Part shown: in pieces, positions 46,515 through 55,920 of the stretch
Numbering within the stretch: the stretch's first letter is position 1
Layout of the letters: each line of letters opens with the position of its first letter
NCBI GenBank assembly: GCA_043732705.1
Contig: JAYTHE010000016.1
Span: 1 to 60,583, forward strand
Direction: 5' to 3'
Source of the DNA: Candidatus Omnitrophota bacterium
GTDB lineage: Bacteria > Omnitrophota > Omnitrophia > Omnitrophales > Aquincolibacteriaceae
DNA length: 60,583 nt
Translations under genes and position numbers: made by a program
Notes under the pieces: generated by a model
Seen by the model: the letters and a program-made list of their open reading frames with translations, nothing else
Told to the model about the DNA's origin: nothing
Databases searched by the model: none

Positions 46515-48188
46515 ATGACTGTCTTAAGCCGGGATCAAATCGAATTACGTTTGATCAAAAGAGTCGAAGATTTTGAACGCGGCTATCGCCAGAATGTGGC
46601 TATCTTAGGACGCGCGGGTGTCGGTAAAACAAAGCTTATTTCCAAGGTTTTTGATCACGTCCGCAGCCGTGAAACTCTCCTTCCCGTTTTAATTTCAATC
46701 GGCGATATTGCCGCACCGCATTTATTTTCTTATTGGATACGCTGTTTGCTTGTTTCGGCGCTTCACGCTCCCGAAGCCTCCCTGGAATCATTGCTTGAAT
46801 CATCCGAGTCAGTTATTCCCAAAACTTGTAAAGCCGCGCGGCATATTTTAAAACTGAATAAGCAGGGCAGCGCCGCGCTTGCGGTACGCGAGCTCTTTGC
46901 TTTGAGCGGTCAGCTGGCCGAGGAAACAGGTCGTAAGGTCGTTTTCTTCCTGGATGAACTGCTGGCACTTGAAAAGTTCGCGGCGCATGACGTTTATTCT
47001 ATTTTTGGCAACCGTCTCATGATGGAAAAAGAAGCTCTTTTTATTGTGACCAGCTCGGATCCCAGGCGCGCAAGGAAGATTTTTTCTGAAAAACTCGCGC
47101 TGCTCTTTAGTAACTTTGAAAGCCTTGATGTTCAACCTCTTGGTTTCCGCGAAATGAATGTTTCAATCGACAGCCGGGTTTGCGGCACTTACTTATCTTT
47201 GCCCTCGCGGCGTTTCCTTTTTCAAATGACGGATGGCGAGCCGCGCTATTTAGACGCTTTACTCCGAGTTTTGGATGAGTCCGTTTGTTCCGATCCGCGT
47301 CGGCAGCTCGGCGTCGCAGTTTTGTTTGAAGCCGTTATTCGAGAAGTTCTGGAAGCAGACGGACGTATTGCGATGGAATTTCAGAAAAGGATTTCTTCTT
47401 TTCGGCGCACGATCCGTGAACGGGAAAGTCTGGTTGAGGAAGCGGTTTCTGTGCTCGGCGCGGGGCGTCTCAAGTTGGGGGCTTTGGCGGCCGCTTTGGG
47501 ATTGAAGCTCCTCGAAACTAAGAAATTGATCGCGCGCATGGAAGAAGAAGATTGGTTGATTTCCGGCGGCTCGTCTTACGCGTTGCGCGATTCACTTTTT
47601 CGCTTTTGGGCGGCCGAATATCTTGCGATTGCCTGCTCGGGGCAGCTGACGGATGAAAAAGTACGCCGCAGCCGTTGGACCCGCCGGCTAGGCCAAATTT
47701 ACGAAACCTGTTTTGAGTCCGATTCCGGTAAAGTCACCGTACGGTTAGAGTCCCTGTTGAAATTATTCAGATCGGAAACCATCATTTTGGACGGCCGCAA
47801 AATGGCCAGCGCTCATTTTCAAGATATTCATTGTTCCAACCTGACCGACGGCCAATGGATTGTGAAAGCCCATACCGCCAAAGATAACCGTTACTTTTTG
47901 GCGGCGGTTCAGGAACTGCATGAGCAGGACGTTGAAAATTTCTGGAATGCTTCGGGCGGCCGCAAAAAACCGGCCCGCAGAATATTGGTTGCCGCGGCCG
48001 GGATTGAACAAAATGCCAGACTATTCGCGCAGCAAAACCGCATGGAAATATGGGATTTAAGATTTTTAAACCTTGTCCTTGATTTTTATGGACTGCCTAA
48101 ATTGATCATGGAACGCCGGAGCCCGGTTTGGGAAGGAAACTCTTCCTGGTCGGGCTCACAAAGTCTTTTTAGCGCCGTACCGGGATAA
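46515..48188 (+). CDS. P-loop ATPase (archaeal-ATPase/STAND-like) with probable C-terminal wHTH
   Basis: GRAGVGKT Walker A, FFLDE Walker B, TDGEPRYL. Confidence 0.75.
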   Translation: MTVLSRDQIELRLIKRVEDFERGYRQNVAILGRAGVGKTKLISKVFDHVRSRETLLPVLISIGDIAAPHLFSYWIRCLLVSALHAPEASLESLLESSESVIPKTCKAARHILKLNKQGSAALAVRELFALSGQLAEETGRKVVFFLDELLALEKFAAHDVYSIFGNRLMMEKEALFIVTSSDPRRARKIFSEKLALLFSNFESLDVQPLGFREMNVSIDSRVCGTYLSLPSRRFLFQMTDGEPRYLDALLRVLDESVCSDPRRQLGVAVLFEAVIREVLEADGRIAMEFQKRISSFRRTIRERESLVEEAVSVLGAGRLKLGALAAALGLKLLETKKLIARMEEEDWLISGGSSYALRDSLFRFWAAEYLAIACSGQLTDEKVRRSRWTRRLGQIYETCFESDSGKVTVRLESLLKLFRSETIILDGRKMASAHFQDIHCSNLTDGQWIVKAHTAKDNRYFLAAVQELHEQDVENFWNASGGRKKPARRILVAAAGIEQNARLFAQQNRMEIWDLRFLNLVLDFYGLPKLIMERRSPVWEGNSSWSGSQSLFSAVPG

Positions 48189-49804
48189 TGACGGATGGAC
48201 GGGAGATGAACCCCAAAGCAGCCAGCGCCAAAAAAAATCTCAGCGTCATTGAACGTTATCTGCTTCCCAATATTCCCTGGCAGGAAGGCTTCAAGGATTT
48301 CAATAAACTTTTTGGCCGGCCCGAATGCTGGCTTTTTATTTCCGCCGCGACTGTCGAATCAAAACTGCTTCAACTTGAACGCAAAGGCTCGGTTTCTTCG
48401 GGCCAATTATCCTCCGAAAAAAGTAGCACGGCGCACTTCTTAAAGAAATTCGGCGATCAATGGCTTGAACACCCGGATATGCAAGAAACTTTGCCAGCTC
48501 TTATCAGAACCAGCCGGGGTCGCTTAGGGTTGATGGTCGGTTTGAGCCATTTGGGAAGCTATAAAGGCTTTTTATTTTTGACGGGCTTTCCTTCGCACGT
48601 TGAAAGCCGGTTAAAAAAACATCTTGAGCCGCTGGTGAAGCCTTTTCATCATTTTGCGCAGGCACAGTTGGAAATCGCGTACAAAAATTTTGAACTGAAT
48701 AATTTTTATGAAACGGTGCATCCGCGTGCTTTAGCGCTTTCGACCATGCATTCCGTGCATCGTGTGATCAGCGCTTCTCTCAGGCTGAAAGATTTGTTGC
48801 CGCGCATCGGCCGCTTGAGCGCGCAAATTCTTAAGGCGCAAGGCTGCTCGATTCTTCTGATGGAAGAAGACGGTAAACATTTGACGCCCTTTTTTACTTT
48901 GGGCCAGCATCGCCGGTTCGTGCATCATCATCGCATTAAAGTGGGACGCGGAATTGAGGGGCGTATCGCGGATACGGGAGAATTTCGCCTTTCCGCCGGA
49001 TGTATTGGTGTGCCGTTTATTGAACATGATGTCGTCGGCGTCATCATGCTTTGGAATAAAGTGGATGGACAGGCTTTTTCGGCGACCGACCTTGAAATTT
49101 TGAAGTCTCTTTCCGAGCAGGCGGTGGTCGCGATTAAAAACGCCCAGCTTTATGAGCGGACCGAGGAATTGACCATGGGCAGTATCCGTACGATTACCGG
49201 GCTTCTTGAACGGCAATTCGGCAAAGACCGTTCGCATTTAGAGCTTGTGGCGGAGATTAGCTTGGAGGTCGCCAAGCGTTTGGGGCTGATGGGCAATGAT
49301 ATGGTCAATTTAGAACGGGGAATTTTATTGCTGGATGCGGGACAATTGGTTCATCCGGATTTGACTTTTGAAAAGAAAGAACCGCTTAGTAAAAAAGAAT
49401 TTCAAGCGCTGCGGACCCTTCCCATTAAAGCAGCCAATTTGCTCAAGTCGATTTCCTCCCTGAAACCGGCCTTGCCGATCATTTTGCACAGGCATGAACG
49501 TTTTGACGGAAAGGGCTATCCTCAAGGGCTGCGAGGAGAACAAATCCCCATGGGCGCACGGATTGTGTCGGTTGTGGACTCGTTTGCCGCGATGCTTTCC
49601 AGACGGCATTACCGCCGTCCCAAAACGATTGAAGAGGCTTTGCATGAGATTGAAACCCACAAAAACTCGCAGTTTGATCCCCATGTTGTTGACACTTTCT
49701 TGAAAGTTGTCAAAAACGATGCTATGTTAGGCAAGATTCAAAACTTAGCGTTGCGATCGGCAGGCGAACCGCGCCTCACCGGTGCCGGACGCGGAGCGGA
49801 GTAA
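48188..49804 (+). CDS. GAF + HD-GYP domain protein, degenerate active site
   Basis: GAF ending EQAVVAIKNAQLY; HERFDGKGYP; LLDAGQ replaces LHDIGK. Confidence 0.85.
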   Translation: MTDGREMNPKAASAKKNLSVIERYLLPNIPWQEGFKDFNKLFGRPECWLFISAATVESKLLQLERKGSVSSGQLSSEKSSTAHFLKKFGDQWLEHPDMQETLPALIRTSRGRLGLMVGLSHLGSYKGFLFLTGFPSHVESRLKKHLEPLVKPFHHFAQAQLEIAYKNFELNNFYETVHPRALALSTMHSVHRVISASLRLKDLLPRIGRLSAQILKAQGCSILLMEEDGKHLTPFFTLGQHRRFVHHHRIKVGRGIEGRIADTGEFRLSAGCIGVPFIEHDVVGVIMLWNKVDGQAFSATDLEILKSLSEQAVVAIKNAQLYERTEELTMGSIRTITGLLERQFGKDRSHLELVAEISLEVAKRLGLMGNDMVNLERGILLLDAGQLVHPDLTFEKKEPLSKKEFQALRTLPIKAANLLKSISSLKPALPIILHRHERFDGKGYPQGLRGEQIPMGARIVSVVDSFAAMLSRRHYRRPKTIEEALHEIETHKNSQFDPHVVDTFLKVVKNDAMLGKIQNLALRSAGEPRLTGAGRGAE

Positions 49805-49806
49805 AA

Positions 49807-49986
49807 ATGGGAATAGGAATTCAAATTAAAAAACCGGATCATGTGAATCCCACACCCGGAATGGGAATGGGTTCCATGCCGCAGGCTAAAGAGTCGCTGC
49901 AGTGGTTTTATTATGCTTTTCTTGGCTTAACTTTTCCGGCCGCGATTGTAGCGCTCGTTTTCTTTTTTCGAACCCGCGCCGTTTAA
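49807..49986 (+). CDS. 59-aa single-TM membrane protein (not in ORF track)
   Basis: MGIGIQIKKPDHVNPTPGMGMGSMPQAKESLQWFYYAFLGLTFPAAIVALVFFFRTRAV; GGAG SD; fills the operon gap. Confidence 0.65.
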   Translation: MGIGIQIKKPDHVNPTPGMGMGSMPQAKESLQWFYYAFLGLTFPAAIVALVFFFRTRAV

Positions 49987-50001
49987 GGTTTTGACGGCCC
50001 G

Positions 50002-50478
50002 ATGATTCGCCGAATTTTAGCGGTTGTTGCGATTCCCGTTTTGATTTGGGTCGGGCTCATGACGGCCGCCCCGATTTTTTTTCTTAAGCATATCGAAAAA
50101 AAATATTCCCTCTCACTTCAAGGCAACAAGTCTCTCGCGTTGATTCTTCCCAAAGCCACGGTTAAACATGCTTCGTTTATTTGGAGTCAAAAAGTCGAAC
50201 TGGTCGACGGCGACTTTGAGATCGAAGTGGACCCGTTCATTTGGCTGAAATCCGGTATTTGGTCCATACGTTTGAAAGGCGACGGAGCGCGCCTGCGTTT
50301 TCTCGGTGATTGGCTGAAAAAAACAGGCGTGAGCGAAGTGCAAACCACAAGACTGCGGCTTGCATTGCAGTTTTCAAATGACGATATACAGGATATTGAT
50401 ACCGTTGATCTTGTTTCTCCGAATTATCAGCTCCAGATTCATAGCCGGCCCGCAAACTTTGCGAGAAAAGCCGTATGA
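50002..50478 (+). CDS. Hypothetical membrane-anchored beta-rich protein
   Basis: N-terminal TM; ATGA overlap with murE. Confidence 0.65.
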   Translation: MIRRILAVVAIPVLIWVGLMTAAPIFFLKHIEKKYSLSLQGNKSLALILPKATVKHASFIWSQKVELVDGDFEIEVDPFIWLKSGIWSIRLKGDGARLRFLGDWLKKTGVSEVQTTRLRLALQFSNDDIQDIDTVDLVSPNYQLQIHSRPANFARKAV

Positions 50479-53342
50479 AATTGGAAGATCTCTTTTCCGG
50501 AATTGAAACGCTGGAACGGTCGGCATGGGATGGAAGTCAAAATATTCCGAGAGTTTTAAAGGATTCCCGTGCGATTCAAAAAGGGGATGTTTTTGTAGCC
50601 TGCCGCGGAGCCAATCAGGACGGACATGACTTTATTGCGGATGTCGCGAAGCGCGGCGCCGTTGTGATTATCTATGAAAAAGAGGGCAGCCCCATTCCTC
50701 AATCCGTCACCGGAATACGCGTCAAAGACACCCAACTTTTATTTCCGGAGCTTCTTAAGCGTATGTACCGGTTTAACGATCATTCCATTTCAATTTTGGG
50801 CGTCACCGGCACGAACGGAAAAACGACGATTACCCAGCTTTTATACCGGTTACTTTCGACGCGATTCAAAGCAGGAACCATTGGAACTTTATCTTACGCC
50901 TTGCCTTCCGGAATTCGTGAGTCAGACAATACAACACCCGGTCCTGAAACCTTGATCCCGCTGCTCGCAGAAATGGTTTCGCAGGGGGCGAAATATGTTT
51001 CGATGGAAGTTTCATCGCATGCCTTAGAACAGCGGCGTGTGGCGGGTCTTCATTTTGAATTGGCGATTTTTACGCAATTGACGCAGGATCATTTAGATTA
51101 CCATCATGATCTGGAGTCTTACTTTCAAGCCAAGCGCCGGCTCTTTTCCGAATATAAACCGGAACGGATGCTGATTAACCGTGATTGTCCTTATGGCCGC
51201 CGTTTACTCGCGGAATTTCCGCAGGCTAAATCTTTTAGCGTTGAAAGCGCGGCAGATTATCAAGCGGTTCAAATTCAAGAGTCGCTGCGCGGCTGCCGTT
51301 TTGGAATTAAATTTCGCAGAAAAACAGAGAATTTTGAAATCCAACTGCCGCTTCATTATAATATTTCGAATTGTTTAGCGGTTTTGGCCGGGTTAGATTT
51401 GCTCGGATTGAATATGCTTGATTTTGCCGCGCCGCTTTCCAAAATTCCTTTTATTCCCGGCCGTATGGAAAGAGTGCCGCATGATTCCGCTCATATTTTT
51501 GTTGATTACGCGCATACGCCCGATGCTTTTTTACAGGTGCTCAAACATGTCCGCATGCAAAAGCCGGGGAAAATTATTACGGTTTTCGGCTGCGGGGGTG
51601 ACCGTGACCGCGGTAAGCGTCCGAAGATGACGCGCGTGGCGGCTGATTTTTCAGATGTGCTGGTGCTTACGTCAGATAACCCGCGGACAGAAGATCCAAA
51701 AGCAATTTTGGAAGAAATGAAAACTGCATTGACGGAAAATGACCGCGCGAAGATTCAAATTATTGAAGATCTTGACCGTGCCGAAGCGATTCGCAAAGCT
51801 TTAAAACTTGCTGAAGCGGGCGACGCTCTCCTGATTCTTGGCAAAGGACATGAAGATTACCAAATCATCGGCAAGGAAAAACATCATTTCAGCGACCGCG
51901 AAGTGGTTTTAGAGGCACTGTCTTATTCTGGCTCTGGGCTTCGCTCAATCGCCGCTTCTGATTCTTTCGCTCAATTGAATTGTCCTCCGCATTCTGCTGT
52001 TCAGTCACCAGCTATCACGCCTTTTTCGATTGATACGCGGACGTTGAAGCCCGGCGACCTCTTTGTCGCATTGGATGGTGCGAATCAAAAAGGGCAGGCT
52101 TTTTTGGCGGAAGCCTTCATGCGCGGGGCCGCAGCCGCGATTTGCGCGGCCAAGTACCAAGCTAAAGTTCAAATGGATTTGCCGGCGGCAGAATTGAAAA
52201 AAGTTTATTTCACGGAAGATCCCGCCGCGGCGATGGCAGCTTTGGCGCGCGCGCATCGCGACCGGTTCGCGATTGAGGCCGTGGGTATTACGGGTAGCGT
52301 TGGAAAAACATCGACCAAAGAATTCCTTTCTTATTTGTTAAGCCGCAAATTTAATTTACTCGCCACGCAGGGCAACCTCAACAATCATCTCGGTTTGCCG
52401 ATCAGTTTAAGCCGTTTAAATGCTCAACATCAGGTTGGCGTGTTTGAAATGGGGGCTAATCACGCCGGTGATATTGCTGAGCTTGTCAAAATTCTTAATC
52501 CCACGCGCGGCATTTTGGTGCCGATCGGTCCCGCGCATTTAGCGGGTTTTGGAAGCTTGGAGAATATCTACGATGCCAAACTCGAAATATTACAGGCGCC
52601 CGGCATGAAAACTCTTGTGACGGTAGATGATGATCCCGCGCTTGAGAAACGGCTTCAAAAAACAAAGATGAAAATAATCCGGGTTGGTTTTTCGGAAAAA
52701 GCGGATATTTGTATTTCACAACTGCGGTTATTGGATTCCGGGATGGAATTCAAATTAAACGGACACCTTATTAAGATTCCGATGCGCGCGCCTTTTCTGG
52801 CGGTGAATGCGGCGCTCGCGGCCGCAATGGCTTTAGAGCTGGGCGTTGCTTGGAGCGATGTCGAGGGATCTTGGGATGTGGTTTTTCCCGCGGGCCGTTT
52901 TCTCGAGCGTCAGCTGGGAAACGGGGTGACTGTGATTGACGACACCTATAACGCATCACCGCGGTCAGTACAAGCCGCAATCAAAACGCTAGGACAGTTG
53001 TCCTTGGGACGCAGAGGTTGGCTTATTTTTTCGGATATGCTTGAATTGGGTAATGAATCTGAGAAATTGCACCGGGATTTGGCGGGCGCAGCCGAAGAAT
53101 CCCAATTATTCGGAGTTTGGGCTTTCGGAGAGCAGGCTCGATTCTTAATCGACGAGTTAAACCGCCGGAAAAGCCCGGTGAATGCAAGATGGTTTGAGAA
53201 TTGTGTGGATTTAGCCGATAATCTCACAGCTGAGCTTAAAAAGAATGACTTGGTTTTGCTGAAAGGCTCCCGTGGAATGCGTGTGGAACGCGTCCTTGCG
53301 GCCTTGGACAAAAATATTTTAAATCAATCCGAGAACGTTTGA
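50475..53342 (+). CDS. murEF: Fused MurE-MurF ligase
   Basis: MurE: GVTGTNGKTT, MEVSSH, DYAHTPD, DNPR, GKGHE; MurF: GITGSVGKTS, NNHLG, EMG, DDTYNASP, KGSRG. Confidence 0.93.
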   Translation: MKLEDLFSGIETLERSAWDGSQNIPRVLKDSRAIQKGDVFVACRGANQDGHDFIADVAKRGAVVIIYEKEGSPIPQSVTGIRVKDTQLLFPELLKRMYRFNDHSISILGVTGTNGKTTITQLLYRLLSTRFKAGTIGTLSYALPSGIRESDNTTPGPETLIPLLAEMVSQGAKYVSMEVSSHALEQRRVAGLHFELAIFTQLTQDHLDYHHDLESYFQAKRRLFSEYKPERMLINRDCPYGRRLLAEFPQAKSFSVESAADYQAVQIQESLRGCRFGIKFRRKTENFEIQLPLHYNISNCLAVLAGLDLLGLNMLDFAAPLSKIPFIPGRMERVPHDSAHIFVDYAHTPDAFLQVLKHVRMQKPGKIITVFGCGGDRDRGKRPKMTRVAADFSDVLVLTSDNPRTEDPKAILEEMKTALTENDRAKIQIIEDLDRAEAIRKALKLAEAGDALLILGKGHEDYQIIGKEKHHFSDREVVLEALSYSGSGLRSIAASDSFAQLNCPPHSAVQSPAITPFSIDTRTLKPGDLFVALDGANQKGQAFLAEAFMRGAAAAICAAKYQAKVQMDLPAAELKKVYFTEDPAAAMAALARAHRDRFAIEAVGITGSVGKTSTKEFLSYLLSRKFNLLATQGNLNNHLGLPISLSRLNAQHQVGVFEMGANHAGDIAELVKILNPTRGILVPIGPAHLAGFGSLENIYDAKLEILQAPGMKTLVTVDDDPALEKRLQKTKMKIIRVGFSEKADICISQLRLLDSGMEFKLNGHLIKIPMRAPFLAVNAALAAAMALELGVAWSDVEGSWDVVFPAGRFLERQLGNGVTVIDDTYNASPRSVQAAIKTLGQLSLGRRGWLIFSDMLELGNESEKLHRDLAGAAEESQLFGVWAFGEQARFLIDELNRRKSPVNARWFENCVDLADNLTAELKKNDLVLLKGSRGMRVERVLAALDKNILNQSENV
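51931..51978 (+). repeat. Family A repeat plus a degenerate second copy at the MurE-MurF junction
   Basis: GCTC-TGGGC-TTC-GCTCA-ATCGC then CTTC-TGATT-CTTTC-GCTCA-ATTGA. Confidence 0.65.
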
Positions 53343-53360
53343 TTTTTGACGGAGTAAACA

Positions 53361-54446
53361 GTGTTTTATTTTCTGCATATTTACGCGAACGATTCGATTC
53401 TTTTTAATTTATTCCGCTATATCACTTTCCGTGCCGCAGCCGCGAGCGTTTGCGCGTTTCTTTTTAGTTTGCTTTGGGGACCGCGCCTGATCCAAGACCT
53501 GAAAGGGTTAAAGTTTGTCGCGAATAATAAACGCGAGCATGCGGAATCAATCCATCATCTTTATGAAAGTAAAAAAGATGTGCCGACCATGGGCGGAGTT
53601 CTCATCGTTTTAAGCGTGCTTGTGTCGGTTTTGTTTTGGGGTAACTTAACCAATTTGCATGTTTGGCTGCTAATGGTGGTTTTGATGGGTTTCGGGCTTG
53701 TGGGTTTTTTGGATGATTGGCTAAAATTGCGATATCAAAATTCTAAAGGTTTGCACTCGCGCCTCAAGCTGCTCGGACAGATCACCACAAGTGCCATTGT
53801 CGCTTGGGTTTTGTGGCAATCCGATACTTTTGGGCAAATGCTCTATTTTCCTTTTTTAAAACAGCCGATTTTGAATCTGGGGATTGTCTTTATTCCATTT
53901 GTCGTTTTTGTGTTAGTGGGGTCTTCCAACGCCTTGAATTTAACCGACGGTCTTGATGGCCTTGCGATTGGCTGCGCATTTTTCACAACAGCGACGTTTG
54001 CGCTTTTGGCTTATGTAACGGGACGTCAGGATTTTACGACTTATTTATCTTTGCCTTATATTCCCGGCGCGGGCGAAATCGCTGTTTTTTGCGCGGCGCT
54101 TGCGGGCGCTTGCGCAGGCTTCTTGTGGTATAACGCTTATCCTTGCCAGGTCATGATGGGTGATACGGGTTCACTGGCTTTAGGCGGTGTGATCGGAACC
54201 GTTGCGGTGCTTTTGAAAAAAGAATTTGTACTCGTGATTGTCGGCGGTGTTTTTGTTTGGGAAGCTATATCCGTAATCATGCAGGTGACGAGTTTTAAAC
54301 TTACGGGCAAAAGAATTTTTTTAATGGCGCCTTTTCATCATCATCTTCAGAAGTTAGGTTGGCCCGAAAATAAAATCGTCATCCGTTTTTGGATTATTTC
54401 TTTTATGCTTGCGATTATCGGCCTCGCGACACTCAAGGTACGGTAA
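53361..54446 (+). CDS. mraY: Phospho-N-acetylmuramoyl-pentapeptide transferase
   Basis: PTMGG, DDWLK, NLTDGLDGL, MGDTGS, MAPFHHH. Confidence 0.97.
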   Translation: MFYFLHIYANDSILFNLFRYITFRAAAASVCAFLFSLLWGPRLIQDLKGLKFVANNKREHAESIHHLYESKKDVPTMGGVLIVLSVLVSVLFWGNLTNLHVWLLMVVLMGFGLVGFLDDWLKLRYQNSKGLHSRLKLLGQITTSAIVAWVLWQSDTFGQMLYFPFLKQPILNLGIVFIPFVVFVLVGSSNALNLTDGLDGLAIGCAFFTTATFALLAYVTGRQDFTTYLSLPYIPGAGEIAVFCAALAGACAGFLWYNAYPCQVMMGDTGSLALGGVIGTVAVLLKKEFVLVIVGGVFVWEAISVIMQVTSFKLTGKRIFLMAPFHHHLQKLGWPENKIVIRFWIISFMLAIIGLATLKVR

Positions 54447-54453
54447 TTGTCAA

Positions 54454-54573
54454 AAATTCTAAGCACCAAATCCTAAGCTCTAAATAAATTCAAAGGTTCC
54501 AATTTTAAAATTCCAAACTCTGATTTAATTATTTGAATTTTGATCATTAGTATTTATTTAGGATTTAGGATTT
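54454..54573. repeat. AT-rich heptamer-period inverted element (Family E-like)
   Basis: AAATTCTAAGCACCAAATCCTAAGCTCTAAATAAAT ... ATTTATTTAGGATTTAGGATTT. Confidence 0.7.
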
Positions 54574-54586
54574 CGCTTGTAAACTT

Positions 54587-55849
54587 ATGAATAACATTCC
54601 TTCAGATGTCGGTAAAAAAGTAACGGTGCTGGGGTTAGGCGAAAGCGGTTATCAAAGCGCGCTTGAACTCAAAAAACTTGGGTTTCAGGTTTTTGCCACG
54701 GACAAATCAGAAAATCAGGTGCTGCGCGAGCGCGTGAAAACCTTGATTCAAAAGGGCATTGAAGCCGAATGCGGAGCGCATAGCTTGGACCGCGTTCAAT
54801 CCTCGGACTGGATTTTGATTTCTCCCGGAATTCCGCCGCAATCCGAGGTTTATCAAACTGTTTTAAAATCAAAAAAACCGGTCTTTAGTGAAATTGAAGC
54901 TGCGAGCTGGTTTTGTTCTTCCAAAAATATTGTCGCGGTAACCGGTTCTTGCGGAAAAACAACGACCGTGACTTTGATTGAAAGAATACTGAAGGCGGCG
55001 GGACGCGATGTTGTTTTATGCGGCAATATCGGTAATCCCTGGATCGGTGAATTGAATAAAATTAAACCTGACACTTGGGTTGTACTCGAAGTCAGCTCCT
55101 TTCAGCTTAAACATTGCCGTACTTTTGCACCGCATATCGGTATTTTGCTGAATATTCACCCGAATCACTTGGATTGGCATCCGACGATTGAAGATTATTC
55201 GGCATCCAAGTTGAAAATTTTTGAAAAGATGCAAAGTTCCGATTGGATGCTCGTTCAGAAATCCGATGAAGAAAAATACGGCCCTTTTAACTCAGCTGCG
55301 CGGAAGCTTTATCTGAAACCGGAAGGGACGGAGAGTTTGCTTGAAAACGCCGCAAGGCAAACTGCGGAAATTTTAAAAATTCACAGTGACGTTTCAAAAC
55401 AGGTATTGCAGTCTTTTGAAGGTTTAGAGCATCGTCTCGAGAAATTTTGGGAGCAAGGCGGAATCCAGGCGGTAAACGATTCGAAATCAACCACACCCGC
55501 GTCTTTAATTTGGGCGTTGGAACGTTACCCCGACAAAAGCGTGGTACTGATTACAGGCGGGCGGGTTAAAACTCCTTCGTTTAAGGAATGTTTGCCGACA
55601 CTCAGACAAAAAGAAAAAAAAATTATTGTGATTGGTGAAGCGCGTGACATGATGCTCAAGGAGTGGCATGAACTTTCTCCGCAAGCTGCGGAAAGTTTGG
55701 AGAGTGCCTGCCACTTGGCGCGATCTTTTGCCCAGCAAGGTGACACACTGCTTTTTTCACCCGCGTGCTCCAGTTTTGATATGTTCAAAAGCTACATTGA
55801 CCGCGGAAACCAGTTCAAAGCCCTCATTCGACAAACGATTAAAGAATAA
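54587..55849 (+). CDS. murD: UDP-MurNAc-L-Ala--D-Glu ligase
   Basis: GLGESG, SPGI, VTGSCGKTT, GNIG, EVSSFQL, HRLE, NDSKST, SPACSSFD. Confidence 0.96.
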   Translation: MNNIPSDVGKKVTVLGLGESGYQSALELKKLGFQVFATDKSENQVLRERVKTLIQKGIEAECGAHSLDRVQSSDWILISPGIPPQSEVYQTVLKSKKPVFSEIEAASWFCSSKNIVAVTGSCGKTTTVTLIERILKAAGRDVVLCGNIGNPWIGELNKIKPDTWVVLEVSSFQLKHCRTFAPHIGILLNIHPNHLDWHPTIEDYSASKLKIFEKMQSSDWMLVQKSDEEKYGPFNSAARKLYLKPEGTESLLENAARQTAEILKIHSDVSKQVLQSFEGLEHRLEKFWEQGGIQAVNDSKSTTPASLIWALERYPDKSVVLITGGRVKTPSFKECLPTLRQKEKKIIVIGEARDMMLKEWHELSPQAAESLESACHLARSFAQQGDTLLFSPACSSFDMFKSYIDRGNQFKALIRQTIKE

Positions 55850-55871
55850 TGCCGAAAGACCTATCCTGTTA

Positions 55872-55908
55872 ACCTCCCGGAGGTCGGCGAAGCTGATCTC
55901 CGGGAGGT
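55872..55908. terminator. Strong hairpin between convergent murD and vapC
   Basis: ACCTCCCGGAGGTCGGC-GAA-GCTGATCTCCGGGAGGT; no T tail, may instead be a repeat element. Confidence 0.5.
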
Positions 55909-55920
55909 GGGTGATTGTAT

